Shown: positions 1-9,277 of the stretch, piece after piece
How positions within the stretch are numbered: position 1 is the stretch's first letter
How the letters are laid out: each line of letters opens with the position of its first letter
NCBI GenBank assembly: GCA_964514575.1
Contig: CAZETJ010000001.1
Location: 1 to 54,013 of the forward strand
DNA length: 54,013 bases
Source: an uncultured Candidatus Saccharibacteria bacterium
GTDB lineage: Bacteria > Patescibacteriota > Saccharimonadia > Saccharimonadales > UBA10212
Direction: 5' to 3'
The notes under the pieces: generated by a model
What the model was told of the DNA's origin: nothing
Seen by the model: only the letters and a program-made list of their open reading frames with translations
The model's database searches: none
Translations under genes and position numbers: made by a program

Positions 1-415
1 TTATGACAAAGGCTTTGAGTTTGCCTTTAATTTGATCAAGATACGTGGTGTCAGAAATGCCGTAGTTGATGCCCGGCAGGTCTACACCAAGGTCGTTGCC
101 GCAGTCAATGACGATGGCGTCATTTTTGTATTCAATGACCATCATATTCTTGGCGCCGCCCTCGCTAAAGCCGCCCAGGCCTATGATGCGCAGGCTAGGT
201 GAATCGTCGATAAGGTTGGCTCGGCGCGGCTTTTCAACGGCCGTGCCTGAAGCGTCACGGTACTGATTAGCAATTCGGTTGGCGTCGGATACCGAGCGTT
301 TTTGGGCGCGCAAAGCCGCGCCGCGGCTGACGTTGCGGCCGGTGGCTGTCACTACATTGTTCTTAGGCCTAGGCTTCTGTGGTTGTTTAGGTTGGTTAGT
401 ATTTTTTGGACTCAT
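1..415 (-). CDS. rnj: Ribonuclease J, N-terminal part (runs off the window edge)
   Basis: Hand translation from ATG 415: basic N-terminal extension, then LRIIGLGGFSEGGAKNMMVIEYKNDAIVIDCG..LPGINYGISDTTYL..IKGKLKAFVI, the RNase J metallo-beta-lactamase N-terminus. Not in the ORF track because it is truncated. Confidence 0.9.
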   Translation of the reverse strand, partial: MSPKNTNQPKQPQKPRPKNNVVTATGRNVSRGAALRAQKRSVSDANRIANQYRDASGTAVEKPRRANLIDDSPSLRIIGLGGFSEGGAKNMMVIEYKNDAIVIDCGNDLGVDLPGINYGISDTTYLDQIKGKLKAFVI

Positions 416-465
416 ATTTTCTTTTCCTTTCTTGGTTTAGAGTTGTTTGATGAGCTTCGTTTGAA

Positions 466-1026
466 TTAAATTGCCGCTAAAATTCGCGGAATCTTATTAA
501 AATCGTCAATTAATGTCTGGCGCATCGCACCGTTATAAAGCGCAGCCGCCGGATGGAACAAAGGCAAGTAAACTTGTCCGTTTAGGCGCTTGGCTTGTCC
601 GTGGCAGTCGCTGATCCGAAGCCCGGGCAGCAGGCTATCCATACTGTGCCGTCCGAGCGTAATAACTAGCTTCGGCTTAATCACCGCCAGCTGGGCGCGC
701 AGATAGGGCAAAAAGGCGGCTTTTTCGTCAGGCAACGGGTCGCGGTTATCTGGCGGACGGTATTTAACAATGTTGGTAATGTAAACATCGCTGCGCTCCA
801 TACCGATTCCCTCTAGCATCTCGTTTAAAAACTTACCGGCGGCACCGACAAACGGCAGGCCTTGGATATCTTCATTCTTGCCTGGCGCCTCGCCAATAAA
901 CACTAGTTCGGCGCCGGGGTTGCCATCGCCAAAAACTAGCTGCGTGGCGCCTTTGGCTAGGTCCGGACAAATTTTATCCTTCAAAATATCCTCTTTTATC
1001 TTGTCGAGTTCGGTTTGTTTACTCAT
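466..1026 (-). CDS. Uracil-DNA glycosylase, family 4
   Basis: GEAPG..ED..G.PFVG.AG, NIVKYRPP.NR.P and HPAA motifs. Confidence 0.93.
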   Translation of the reverse strand: MSKQTELDKIKEDILKDKICPDLAKGATQLVFGDGNPGAELVFIGEAPGKNEDIQGLPFVGAAGKFLNEMLEGIGMERSDVYITNIVKYRPPDNRDPLPDEKAAFLPYLRAQLAVIKPKLVITLGRHSMDSLLPGLRISDCHGQAKRLNGQVYLPLFHPAAALYNGAMRQTLIDDFNKIPRILAAI

Positions 1027-1030
1027 ATTC

Positions 1031-1264
1031 TTATCGGTCGGCGGCGGCGCTTCGGGCAGCTATGGCTCGGTTGATGGCCCATCCAGCGGAACAAACCGCT
1101 AGGAAATACTCCAAAACATTATTTGATGACATGGCCATAAAAATGAACAAATAGGTAACTCCAAGCAACGCAACCATTAGGATTAAGTTGACCCACCATT
1201 TATGGACCAGTAGTTCGCCCTGGTTGCGCCTTCTAACCCTTCGCGCCACTCTTTTTCCTTTCAC
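1031..1264 (-). CDS. Small 2-TM membrane protein, unknown function
   Basis: Basic N-terminus and two hydrophobic segments; lies between pnp and UDG on the same strand. Confidence 0.5.
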   Translation of the reverse strand: MKGKRVARRVRRRNQGELLVHKWWVNLILMVALLGVTYLFIFMAMSSNNVLEYFLAVCSAGWAINRAIAARSAAADR

Positions 1265-1421
1265 CCCTTCTGATTATGACTATGCTAATTGCGACCAATC
1301 CCAGCCCAAAAATAGTCCAGTACATTTCAAAGCCGCTACCAATTATCACGCCTAAGCCTAGACCAAGGAGGTAGCGAGCATTTTCTCGAGCGGTGTAATT
1401 GGTGTACAGGTTATATCTCAT
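1233..1421 (-). CDS. Small 2-TM membrane protein, unknown function
   Basis: ATG abuts the pnp stop; two hydrophobic segments and a basic tail. Confidence 0.5.
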   Translation of the reverse strand: MRYNLYTNYTARENARYLLGLGLGVIIGSGFEMYWTIFGLGLVAISIVIIRRGERKKSGAKG

Positions 1422-3563
1422 CTATTTATTATTGTTAAGTTCTCGGGCCGCGGCTTTCATGCTTAGCTGCAGTCGGCCGCGATCGTCAATCGCTACTAAT
1501 TTAACGGTGACTTTGTCGCCTTCTTTTAAGACATCGCTGGGTTTTTCGACCCGCTCTTCCCTGATTTCGGATACGTGCACCAAGCCATCTTTGCCTGGCA
1601 TAATTTGGACAAAGGCGCCAAAATCCATGACATTTACGACTGGTACATCCTTGTAGATTTTGCCGACTTCCGGCTCAGCCGTCAGGCTGCGAATGTACTG
1701 GATAGCCGCCTCAATGCTCTTTTGATCCGGGCTGGCAATCATAACTGTACCGTCGTCTTTAATGTCAATCTCGGCGCCGGTTTCGGCGATGATCTTATTG
1801 ATTGTCTCCCCGCCCTTACCAATGACCTCGCGAATTTTCTCGGGGTTGATAGTAATGGCTTCGACGCGTGGCGCGTACGGGCTCATCTCGCTCCTTGGCT
1901 TATCGATAACCTCTAACATGTGGTCCAGAATTGCAGCTCGGCCAGTTTTACCTTGGTCCAAAGCCTCTTTCAGTGTTTCTACCGGCAGACCGTGGACTTT
2001 CATATCCATCTGCAGGGCCGTAATGCCTTTGGCGGTTCCGGCAACCTTGAAATCCATATCGCCAGCAAAGTCTTCGGCGTCGGCAATATCGGTCAATATG
2101 ACGGATTTCTTGCCATCGGTCATCAGTCCCATAGCGATGCCGCTGACTGGTGCCTTCAAAGGCACACCAGCATCCATTAGCGCCATGCAGCTGCTGCAAG
2201 TGGCTGCCATGCTAGTACTGCCGTTCTGGCTCATGATTTCGGTGACTGAGCGCATAGTGTACGGAAAGTCGACTTCGGCAGGTAGAACGGCGCTAAGAGC
2301 CCGCTCAGCCAAGTAGCCATGGCCGATTTCGCGGCGTCCAGGCGAACCTAAGCGGCGAACTTCGCCAACAGTGTAACCTGGCGCGTTATAGTGATGCAAA
2401 AAGCGGCGGTCGCCTTGGCGTTCCATGGTGTCAACCATCTGCGCGTAGCTTAGCGGCGCCAGAGTCACGACGTTCAAGGCTTGAGTTACGCCGCGCGTGA
2501 ACAGGCTGGAGCCGTGCGCCCTAGGCAGTAAGCCGACCTCGGAAGACAATGGACGGATCTCGGTCAATTTACGGCCGTCGGGGCGAACATTTTCGTTCAA
2601 AATACCATCGCGAACATCTTTGTGTACGGCCATATCAAAGGCCTCATCATAGACTGGCTTGACTAGTTCAAAAACCTCGTCGCCAAGGCTCTGTCTGAAG
2701 TGCTCATGCATCTTGTGGCGCAGGTCCGACACTAGATCATTGCGTTCTGGGTAAGGCGCGCGCAGAGCCTTGCCCATTTTGCCCTCGGTCCAATCAGTAA
2801 CGGCCTTTTGGACATCTTCGGCAGGCAGCGACAATTTGTATTCCTGAGTTGTTACACCAATTTTTTCTACTAGTTCGTTTTGCAGAGCAATCGCCGGTTG
2901 GATAGCTTTGTGCCCGTAGGCCAAAGCCTCGGCAATAAGCTCCTCGGAAACTTCGCGGGCACCGGCTTCAACCATCATTATGGCGTCCTTAGTTCCGGCC
3001 ACGACTAGGTCGAGCTCGCCATTTTCTAACTGCTCGGCGCTGGCAAAAGCCTTGGGCTTGCCATCTACCACGCCAACGCGTACGCCAGCTACAGGGCCCT
3101 CAAATGGCACGCCGGTTAGCATAAAGGCGGCACTCATAGCGATCATGGCAATGGAGTCTGGGCGAAAATCTGGATCCAAACTTAGAACAGTAGCCACGCC
3201 CTGGACTTCGTGGCGGTAACCTTTAGGCCATAACGGTCGGATTGGACGGTCAATTAAGCGGCCAATCAGGATAGCTTCGTCGCTGGGCCGGCCTTCGCGC
3301 TTGATAAAGCGGCTGCCGCTAATCTTACCGGCGGCGTAGAACTTCTCTTCGTAATCAATGCTCAGCGGAAAATAGTCCATGCCAGTAACCGCTTCCGGGC
3401 TAACCATAGCAGTACCAAGTACTACCGTGTCCCCATATCGAGCTATAACTGACGCACTAGTCCTAAAGCCGACCCGGCCAACTTCTAAGCTAAGCTCCCG
3501 GCCGCAAAAGTCGGTGCTTACTTTAATAATTTTCTTCCCAAAGGGATTAATCGTTTCTGCCAT
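1422..3563 (-). CDS. pnp: Polyribonucleotide nucleotidyltransferase (PNPase)
   Basis: Two RNase PH domains (R.DGR, RREIGHG, DFAGDMDFK), KH (IGKGGETI) and S1 domains; downstream of rpsO. Confidence 0.99.
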   Translation of the reverse strand: MAETINPFGKKIIKVSTDFCGRELSLEVGRVGFRTSASVIARYGDTVVLGTAMVSPEAVTGMDYFPLSIDYEEKFYAAGKISGSRFIKREGRPSDEAILIGRLIDRPIRPLWPKGYRHEVQGVATVLSLDPDFRPDSIAMIAMSAAFMLTGVPFEGPVAGVRVGVVDGKPKAFASAEQLENGELDLVVAGTKDAIMMVEAGAREVSEELIAEALAYGHKAIQPAIALQNELVEKIGVTTQEYKLSLPAEDVQKAVTDWTEGKMGKALRAPYPERNDLVSDLRHKMHEHFRQSLGDEVFELVKPVYDEAFDMAVHKDVRDGILNENVRPDGRKLTEIRPLSSEVGLLPRAHGSSLFTRGVTQALNVVTLAPLSYAQMVDTMERQGDRRFLHHYNAPGYTVGEVRRLGSPGRREIGHGYLAERALSAVLPAEVDFPYTMRSVTEIMSQNGSTSMAATCSSCMALMDAGVPLKAPVSGIAMGLMTDGKKSVILTDIADAEDFAGDMDFKVAGTAKGITALQMDMKVHGLPVETLKEALDQGKTGRAAILDHMLEVIDKPRSEMSPYAPRVEAITINPEKIREVIGKGGETINKIIAETGAEIDIKDDGTVMIASPDQKSIEAAIQYIRSLTAEPEVGKIYKDVPVVNVMDFGAFVQIMPGKDGLVHVSEIREERVEKPSDVLKEGDKVTVKLVAIDDRGRLQLSMKAAARELNNNK

Positions 3564-3732
3564 TTCTAAATGGTCCTTCCTCGCTGTTTTTAAGGCCAGG
3601 GTGCAAATATATACGCCCTTGTGCTAACCCGGCTATATATCTGTAACTCTGCCCTTAAAACAGGTCTTATTTCTTAATGTGCACAAGCTTTATCGCTGCC
3701 CTTGTTGTAGCGATTGATAGTCTGGGCACGAA

Positions 3733-3999
3733 CTAGCGTCTAATGCCAAGCTTTTTGATCAAGCTTAGGTATTCGTCGCCGTTTTTCTCAGCAACGTACT
3801 TAAGCAAGCGTTTGCGCTTGCCGACCAAAGATAACAGCGCACGGCGAGCGGCAAAGTCATGTTTGTGAGCCTTCATATGGTCAGTCAGCTCGGCAATCCG
3901 GGCTGTCATAATACCAGCCTGCACTGCAGGCGAACCACTGTCTTTATCGTGCTGGCGCAAATCTTTAGAGACCTCCGCCTTCTTCTCACTCGTTATCAT
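3733..3999 (-). CDS. rpsO: 30S ribosomal protein S15
   Basis: DSGSPAVQ, HKHDFAARRALLSLVGKRKRLLKY, LGIRR. Confidence 0.98.
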   Translation of the reverse strand: MITSEKKAEVSKDLRQHDKDSGSPAVQAGIMTARIAELTDHMKAHKHDFAARRALLSLVGKRKRLLKYVAEKNGDEYLSLIKKLGIRR

Positions 4000-4020
4000 T
4001 GTTACAAAGATTCTAGCAAA

Positions 4021-4713
4021 TCAGGGGTGATTTGGCAATGCTTGATTTATTTTGGGAGCCCTAGCGGTCTCAAGTTCAGCCAGCGTCTGAGCACCGAAGA
4101 TATGAAAGTCACCTACCGATACCCGCCGGAGATCCGAAAGATAGGCGCCGGTCCCAAGTTCTGCGCCAATATCTTCGGCCAGTGAGCGGATATAAGTACC
4201 GCTGCTTACAGAGGTGGAGAAGCTTACTTTAGGGTATTTATAGTCAACATCCTTAATCTTATAAATTGTCACCTGCCTAGGTTTAATAACAACCTGTTTG
4301 CCAGCTCGAGCGAGCTTGTAAGCCCGCTGGCCACCGACCTTGATGGCACTGAAAGCTGGCGGCGTCTGCCAGATTTGGCCTAAAAATTTATTCAAAACCG
4401 TTTTTACTTCTGCGCCCGATGGCCTATGTTCACTTTTTCTGCCTAACTCTCCCTCGCGATCACCCGTGGAGCTGATCGCCCCTAGTGTCAGCTCGGCCTG
4501 GTAGGTCTTATCCAGCTTGCTAAACTCGCTAGACCGCTTGGTATAGCCACCAATAACTAAGATCAAAAGTCCGGTCGCCATAGGGTCAAGCGTGCCGGTG
4601 TGGCCAACTTTAACCTTATGCCCTACCTGTTCTGTCAACAGCTTGCGGACAATAGACACGACTCTAAAACTAGAAATCCCGGCCGGTTTATCAACCAGCA
4701 AATATCCGTCCAT
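4021..4713 (-). CDS. truB: tRNA pseudouridine(55) synthase
   Basis: DKP.G.SS, KVGHTGTLDPMATG, SSGTYIRSLAED. Confidence 0.98.
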   Translation of the reverse strand: MDGYLLVDKPAGISSFRVVSIVRKLLTEQVGHKVKVGHTGTLDPMATGLLILVIGGYTKRSSEFSKLDKTYQAELTLGAISSTGDREGELGRKSEHRPSGAEVKTVLNKFLGQIWQTPPAFSAIKVGGQRAYKLARAGKQVVIKPRQVTIYKIKDVDYKYPKVSFSTSVSSGTYIRSLAEDIGAELGTGAYLSDLRRVSVGDFHIFGAQTLAELETARAPKINQALPNHP

Positions 4714-4728
4714 TAATCAAAGTATAGG

Positions 4729-6144
4729 CTAAGCAGTATTGGTGATACTGGGATTTGAAGGAATAACTACGCCCTGCGTAGGTGTTAGAGGCGGCGGGAA
4801 CGGCGGCGCGGTGGCAGCAACATCCACAGACGGACTGTTGGGCGCCCCTGTTGGCGGCGAAACAGCGGGATCGAATGGTGCAGCTGCTAGGGCGCTTTCT
4901 ACTGCTGAGCGGGCTTTATCAACGCTTGGCGGAGCCACGGTTTTACCTTGGTTAGACGTCTCTTCGGTTTTTTTGGCCTGGCCAGGAGCCGTTGGCGAAC
5001 CGCCTGAGCTTAACGGATCAACTGAGACACCGTTAAAAGGATCATCCCATTCCGGCTTGGCGTTGGCCGTGAAAGGCACGCCATCAGTGCTAGATTGCTC
5101 ATCCGGGTTCAAGAACGTATGTGGGCTTACCTCTGTTCCGGCGGGCTTGGCGACGCTGCCGGGCGAAGGCACAATTAGATTTCCCTGCTCATCAATCAAT
5201 ATCTCGCCGTTGGCTACCACCGGAGGGGTGGCTGGTTGCTTAGATGGCGCGATTGGCGTTGCCTGAACTTTAGGTTGCGGCTTAGAGGCAGCTGGCGGCT
5301 GTTCGTGGGCTACGTTTAGGGTTCCATTATCTGGTATGGCTGCTGACGCAGCCATTTTAGACCCTGCTTTAGGCTTAACCGTCACGCTAGCGACGGGGGG
5401 CTCCAGTTTACTAACGATTAGCTGTTGGTTCGCGCCGGCGGCCATTAGCTGGGCGCTCATGGTCATCACCTTGGGGCTAGTTTTGGGGTTCGAGAAACGG
5501 GCGGTTTCAGCCACTATACCGGTCAAGAAAGCCGTAGCTGTTTGGTTATCAATCAGCCCCGTCCCAAAGGATTCGCTGATACTCACCAACATCTCGCACA
5601 GGCTGCTGGCTGCCGGGTCTTGCCAGTTGATTTGGCCGAGCTGAGGCGCCGCGCCCTGCCCCGCGTTCAGAGAAATAACCGTGGCATCATGCAAAATCTT
5701 TCCGTGAGCCGTGATGGCAGCGTCAATTTCCGTTTGCTTCTTGATACCAAGCGCCATAACAACTTCCACGTTAAAATCGCCTTGGCCAAAGACCAGATCG
5801 CTTTGGCTTAAGGATGTTTTGTAAGGTGTTATAAAGATCCTGACGAACTGATCTTCGACTTTGTAACGTAACTTGTCGGCCTTTTCTTTATCCAGGCTGA
5901 TAATAAAATCTCGCAGGCTGTCAGTATTGGTCTCGATGGTTTTTTCGGGTTGCAAAAATTCCAAAGTCGATGGTACGTGTCCTGAAAATACCGCTGTGGC
6001 GTGTTTTTCCATGCGGTTCAAAAGCAGGGTCAAACCAATACAAGCCGCCAGTTGGTCGACCGTTGGGTTGGTACTGACGGTCACCAATATGTTATTGGCT
6101 TGGCGGATGCGTTCTGCTATCTGTTGTTTGGCTGCCGCGTCCAT
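4729..6144 (-). CDS. DHH-family (NrnA-like) fold protein with degenerate catalytic motifs and Pro-rich tail
   Basis: N-terminal ~245 aa follow the DHH layout (I..A.NILV, INWQD..ASSLCEM, ATA.LTGIV.ET..F) but the DxD and DHH motifs are absent; the C-terminal half is low complexity. Confidence 0.75.
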   Translation of the reverse strand: MDAAAKQQIAERIRQANNILVTVSTNPTVDQLAACIGLTLLLNRMEKHATAVFSGHVPSTLEFLQPEKTIETNTDSLRDFIISLDKEKADKLRYKVEDQFVRIFITPYKTSLSQSDLVFGQGDFNVEVVMALGIKKQTEIDAAITAHGKILHDATVISLNAGQGAAPQLGQINWQDPAASSLCEMLVSISESFGTGLIDNQTATAFLTGIVAETARFSNPKTSPKVMTMSAQLMAAGANQQLIVSKLEPPVASVTVKPKAGSKMAASAAIPDNGTLNVAHEQPPAASKPQPKVQATPIAPSKQPATPPVVANGEILIDEQGNLIVPSPGSVAKPAGTEVSPHTFLNPDEQSSTDGVPFTANAKPEWDDPFNGVSVDPLSSGGSPTAPGQAKKTEETSNQGKTVAPPSVDKARSAVESALAAAPFDPAVSPPTGAPNSPSVDVAATAPPFPPPLTPTQGVVIPSNPSITNTA

Positions 6145-6276
6145 AATCTTAGATTATATTTTTTTATTTTGCTTACTTCTGTTGGCAGATTAACACAACA
6201 GATAAGCATAAGCAATAGTGTGCTGCGAAGCCCTACCCTTTACAAAGGTGTAGCTAATCTGTATATTAGTGACCTG

Positions 6277-6639
6277 ATGCCAATTATTAAATCTGCTCGT
6301 AAACGAGTGAAGATAGCCGCTAAGGCTAGAGCTCGTAACGCCCAAACAAAGCGCACTATGCGCGAAGCTTTGAAAGCTTTTTCTAAAGCCGTTGCTGGAG
6401 GTAAAGCTGCCGAAATTAATGAAGCTCAGCGGCAAGCCATTAGCGCCATTGATACCTCTGTTAAAAAGGCTGTGATCCATACCAATAAAGCGGCCCGGAT
6501 CAAGGCTCGCATGGCCGTTCAGGCAAAGGCCGCCGGCGCTAAGCCTACTAAAGTAGCTGCCAAGAAATCTGCCCCTGTCAAAAAACCGGCTGCGAAGAAA
6601 CCGGCCGCCAAAAAAACGCCGGCTAAATCAAAGAAATAA
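6277..6639 (+). CDS. rpsT: 30S ribosomal protein S20 with Lys/Ala/Pro-rich tail
   Basis: MPIIKSARKRVK...IHTNKAARIKAR; true start is ATG 6277 inside ORF 6001..6639. Confidence 0.96.
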   Translation: MPIIKSARKRVKIAAKARARNAQTKRTMREALKAFSKAVAGGKAAEINEAQRQAISAIDTSVKKAVIHTNKAARIKARMAVQAKAAGAKPTKVAAKKSAPVKKPAAKKPAAKKTPAKSKK

Positions 6640-6643
6640 TCCT

Positions 6644-7558
6644 CTAAAGCGTAGTTATAAAGGTTTTTAGGGCTTCGTCTGGATCGATCGGCTTGCTTTT
6701 CGAGCCTAGATCGATCCTATAAGCCTCTTCGATCAGTTTCACTACGTTTGCTGGCCCTGCCTTAGCGGCTAAATGCTTCGCTTTTTCAATAGGAAATGCG
6801 CTGCCGCCGGTAGCTTTAGCGATCTGCTCAGACGACTTATCTCTCCCGAGGCTGGCCAGCGCCATCAGGTTTAGCTGCCAGGTTATCATCGCTAAGATTG
6901 CTTGGGGCTCAATCTTTTGGGCTCTTTGCTCCTCGTAAAGTTCTAGTGCTCTCTTAGTTTGCCCTTTGAAAGCTGCATCCAGCAGGTCGAAAACTCGGCT
7001 CTGCGGCGCTTTCTCGGTTAGCAAGTCTATATTTTCCCTGGAAATTGCCGGGTCATATGTCACTAGCTTAGTAAGTTCGCTGGCGAGTAGTTGTTGGTCT
7101 TCGCCAATGCGCTCGACTAGATAGTTAGCGTCCGCTAAGCTCAGCATTGCGTCTTGCTTTTTTGCCTCGCCTACTAGCCAATTGCCTAAATTCCGGGCGT
7201 CAACACTAGTGAATTCCTCTAGTTCCGTTTTGGACTTTAACACCTTAGAATAGACGCTTCGGCGGTCAATATTGGGTTCATATATTATAAGATCGCACTC
7301 ATCTCCAACTGAACTAATAATTTGTTCAATATTCTCTGCTGCGGCCTTGTTCAGTGACAGGTCGCGGACTATAACTAGCTTGCGGCTGGCTAAAAACGGC
7401 AGGCTTTTTAGGCTATCAATTAGTCCTTCCGCTGTCGTTTCTTCCCCCTCAATCCGCTCTAAAGATAATTCACCAAACTTTTTTTTGAAATCATTCAATA
7501 TTTGGTTGAGCCGCTGCTGCAAAGCGAACGAATTATTGCCGGCTAGGGTGATGATCAT
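6644..7558 (-). CDS. holA: DNA polymerase III subunit delta
   Basis: LPFLASRKLVIV, ELTKL..Y, VFDLLDA; start ATG 7558 overlaps the mutM stop (ATGA). Confidence 0.93.
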   Translation of the reverse strand: MIITLAGNNSFALQQRLNQILNDFKKKFGELSLERIEGEETTAEGLIDSLKSLPFLASRKLVIVRDLSLNKAAAENIEQIISSVGDECDLIIYEPNIDRRSVYSKVLKSKTELEEFTSVDARNLGNWLVGEAKKQDAMLSLADANYLVERIGEDQQLLASELTKLVTYDPAISRENIDLLTEKAPQSRVFDLLDAAFKGQTKRALELYEEQRAQKIEPQAILAMITWQLNLMALASLGRDKSSEQIAKATGGSAFPIEKAKHLAAKAGPANVVKLIEEAYRIDLGSKSKPIDPDEALKTFITTL

Positions 7559-8433
7559 GCCTTTTTGCCCTCTTTTTGGCATCTGGGGCAGATGTGCGTT
7601 CCCCTGCCCGCTACCCTCGTCTTCTCGATAGTAGTACCGCAGCGGGGACATGGCTGACCTTCGCGTCTAAAGACCTGAGCAAAGGTGAGATAACTGCCCT
7701 TTTTACCCTTGGCATCCACATAATTTCTATCCGTACTGCCACCTTTGGCTATACTCAACTTCAGTATTTTGATTAGTGCATCGTGCAGCAGCACCAACTT
7801 AGATCTAGATACGCTGTTCACCAGTGTTGCTGGATGAATTTTGGCTGCCCACAGCGATTCATCGGCATAAATGTTGCCGATACCGGCTATAACCGTTTGG
7901 TCGAGCAGAACCGCCTTAATATTGCTCCCGGGCCGCTTTTTCAGGCGATCTACGAATAAATTCACCGTGAAGTCGTCTTCCAGAGGTTCCGGGCCAACTG
8001 TTTTGAAAAAATCGATCTCAGGAACTTCGACGCTAGGCAGCAGACGCATCCAGCCGAATTTTCGCTGGTCGTTAAAAAATAGCTTGCTGCCATCTGTAAA
8101 ATCTAAGACTACACGAGTGGCTTTGGCTGGCAACTCGCCAACCAGATCGCCCGTCGGATGCCCGGCGCCAAACCGTTCTTTACCTATGAATACCAGCTGG
8201 CCAGTCATTTTCAGGTGGATTACCAGGCTATATTCGCTAGATAGCTCGATGATTAACACTTTAGCGCGACGGCGGACTTGCTTAATTTTGGCGCCTACTA
8301 AGAAGCGGGCAGTGTCAGCCGGGGCGTTTGGAAAGCTCTTGGGCCAATCGTGCCAAACATCTTTAACTACTTTGCCGGGCAACAGTTTAGCCAGCCCAAT
8401 TCTAATCGTTTCAACCTCTGGCAACTCCGGCAT
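7555..8433 (-). CDS. mutM: Formamidopyrimidine-DNA glycosylase (Fpg)
   Basis: MPELPEVET N-terminus (ATG 8433), HLKMTGQL, D.RKFG, LLDQ..IAGIGNIYADE, C4 zinc finger. Confidence 0.98.
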   Translation of the reverse strand: MPELPEVETIRIGLAKLLPGKVVKDVWHDWPKSFPNAPADTARFLVGAKIKQVRRRAKVLIIELSSEYSLVIHLKMTGQLVFIGKERFGAGHPTGDLVGELPAKATRVVLDFTDGSKLFFNDQRKFGWMRLLPSVEVPEIDFFKTVGPEPLEDDFTVNLFVDRLKKRPGSNIKAVLLDQTVIAGIGNIYADESLWAAKIHPATLVNSVSRSKLVLLHDALIKILKLSIAKGGSTDRNYVDAKGKKGSYLTFAQVFRREGQPCPRCGTTIEKTRVAGRGTHICPRCQKEGKKA

Positions 8434-8476
8434 ACTAAAATTATAGCCTTCGCCAGCTATACTTATTGTTGTAGTT

Positions 8477-8716
8477 ATGGATAGTTTGCAAGATATCTTA
8501 GGCAAAAAGCAATTTGAGGCGCCGGACGAGATGACGGCTCTAAGCGATTATATTAAACATAAGTATCAAAGCAGTTGCCGAATCAAAGTTGACGGCGAGG
8601 CCATAATTTTAAGCGTGTCCAGCTCTGCCCTGGCCGGCACGCTGCAAATGGAAAAACCGCTGATTTTGGAAAAGCTGCAAATTAAAAAACGTTTAGTTAT
8701 TAGAATCGGCCGCTAA
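8477..8716 (+). CDS. Small protein, possibly DciA/DUF721-like
   Basis: 79 aa; LSVSSSALAGTLQM resembles the DUF721 core. Family call is inference. Confidence 0.5.
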   Translation: MDSLQDILGKKQFEAPDEMTALSDYIKHKYQSSCRIKVDGEAIILSVSSSALAGTLQMEKPLILEKLQIKKRLVIRIGR

Positions 8717-9277
8717 GAGCCTCTCTAGCTCGCCCTTCATTTGCGAAAAATTCATATACTGAATGGCTTTTAGACCAACGGCTGCTGCTCCGGCACAGTG
8801 GCTGGCACTATCGTCAATAAAGACTGCCTCGGCTGGCAAAACACCCAAACGCTTGGCGGCAAATTCGAATATCTCTTTTTGAGGCTTAACCATACCATGC
8901 CGATAGGAAAGTACCACGTCGTCAAATATTACCAAATCGGTTGGATCCAGAATTTGGCTAATATAGTCATCGCCCGCATTGGAAAGCATGCCAATTTTAT
9001 ATTTGGGTTTTAGATTTTCTGTTATATATGCCAGCAGCGGTGCGTTAGGCGCATTATTGCTCATGTTCTTTGTAACGATCGATAAATCCACGCTGGCTAG
9101 TTGCGCAAGTCCCTTTGCATACTCATCCTTCGTGAGAACTCCGGCGTCATGGCGGGTCACCAGCTGAACGGCCTGCTTTCTTTTCTGCGGATCATTCGGA
9201 AAGTAGGTATCACAGAAAAGTTTAAACCCTTCTGTAGAAAGCACCCCAAAAAAATCAAAAATTATGGCTTTAATCAT
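8693..9277 (-). CDS. HAD-family phosphatase (subfamily IA)
   Basis: IIFDFFGVL, LSNA, KP...IF, FIDD. Confidence 0.9.
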   Translation of the reverse strand: MIKAIIFDFFGVLSTEGFKLFCDTYFPNDPQKRKQAVQLVTRHDAGVLTKDEYAKGLAQLASVDLSIVTKNMSNNAPNAPLLAYITENLKPKYKIGMLSNAGDDYISQILDPTDLVIFDDVVLSYRHGMVKPQKEIFEFAAKRLGVLPAEAVFIDDSASHCAGAAAVGLKAIQYMNFSQMKGELERLLAADSNN

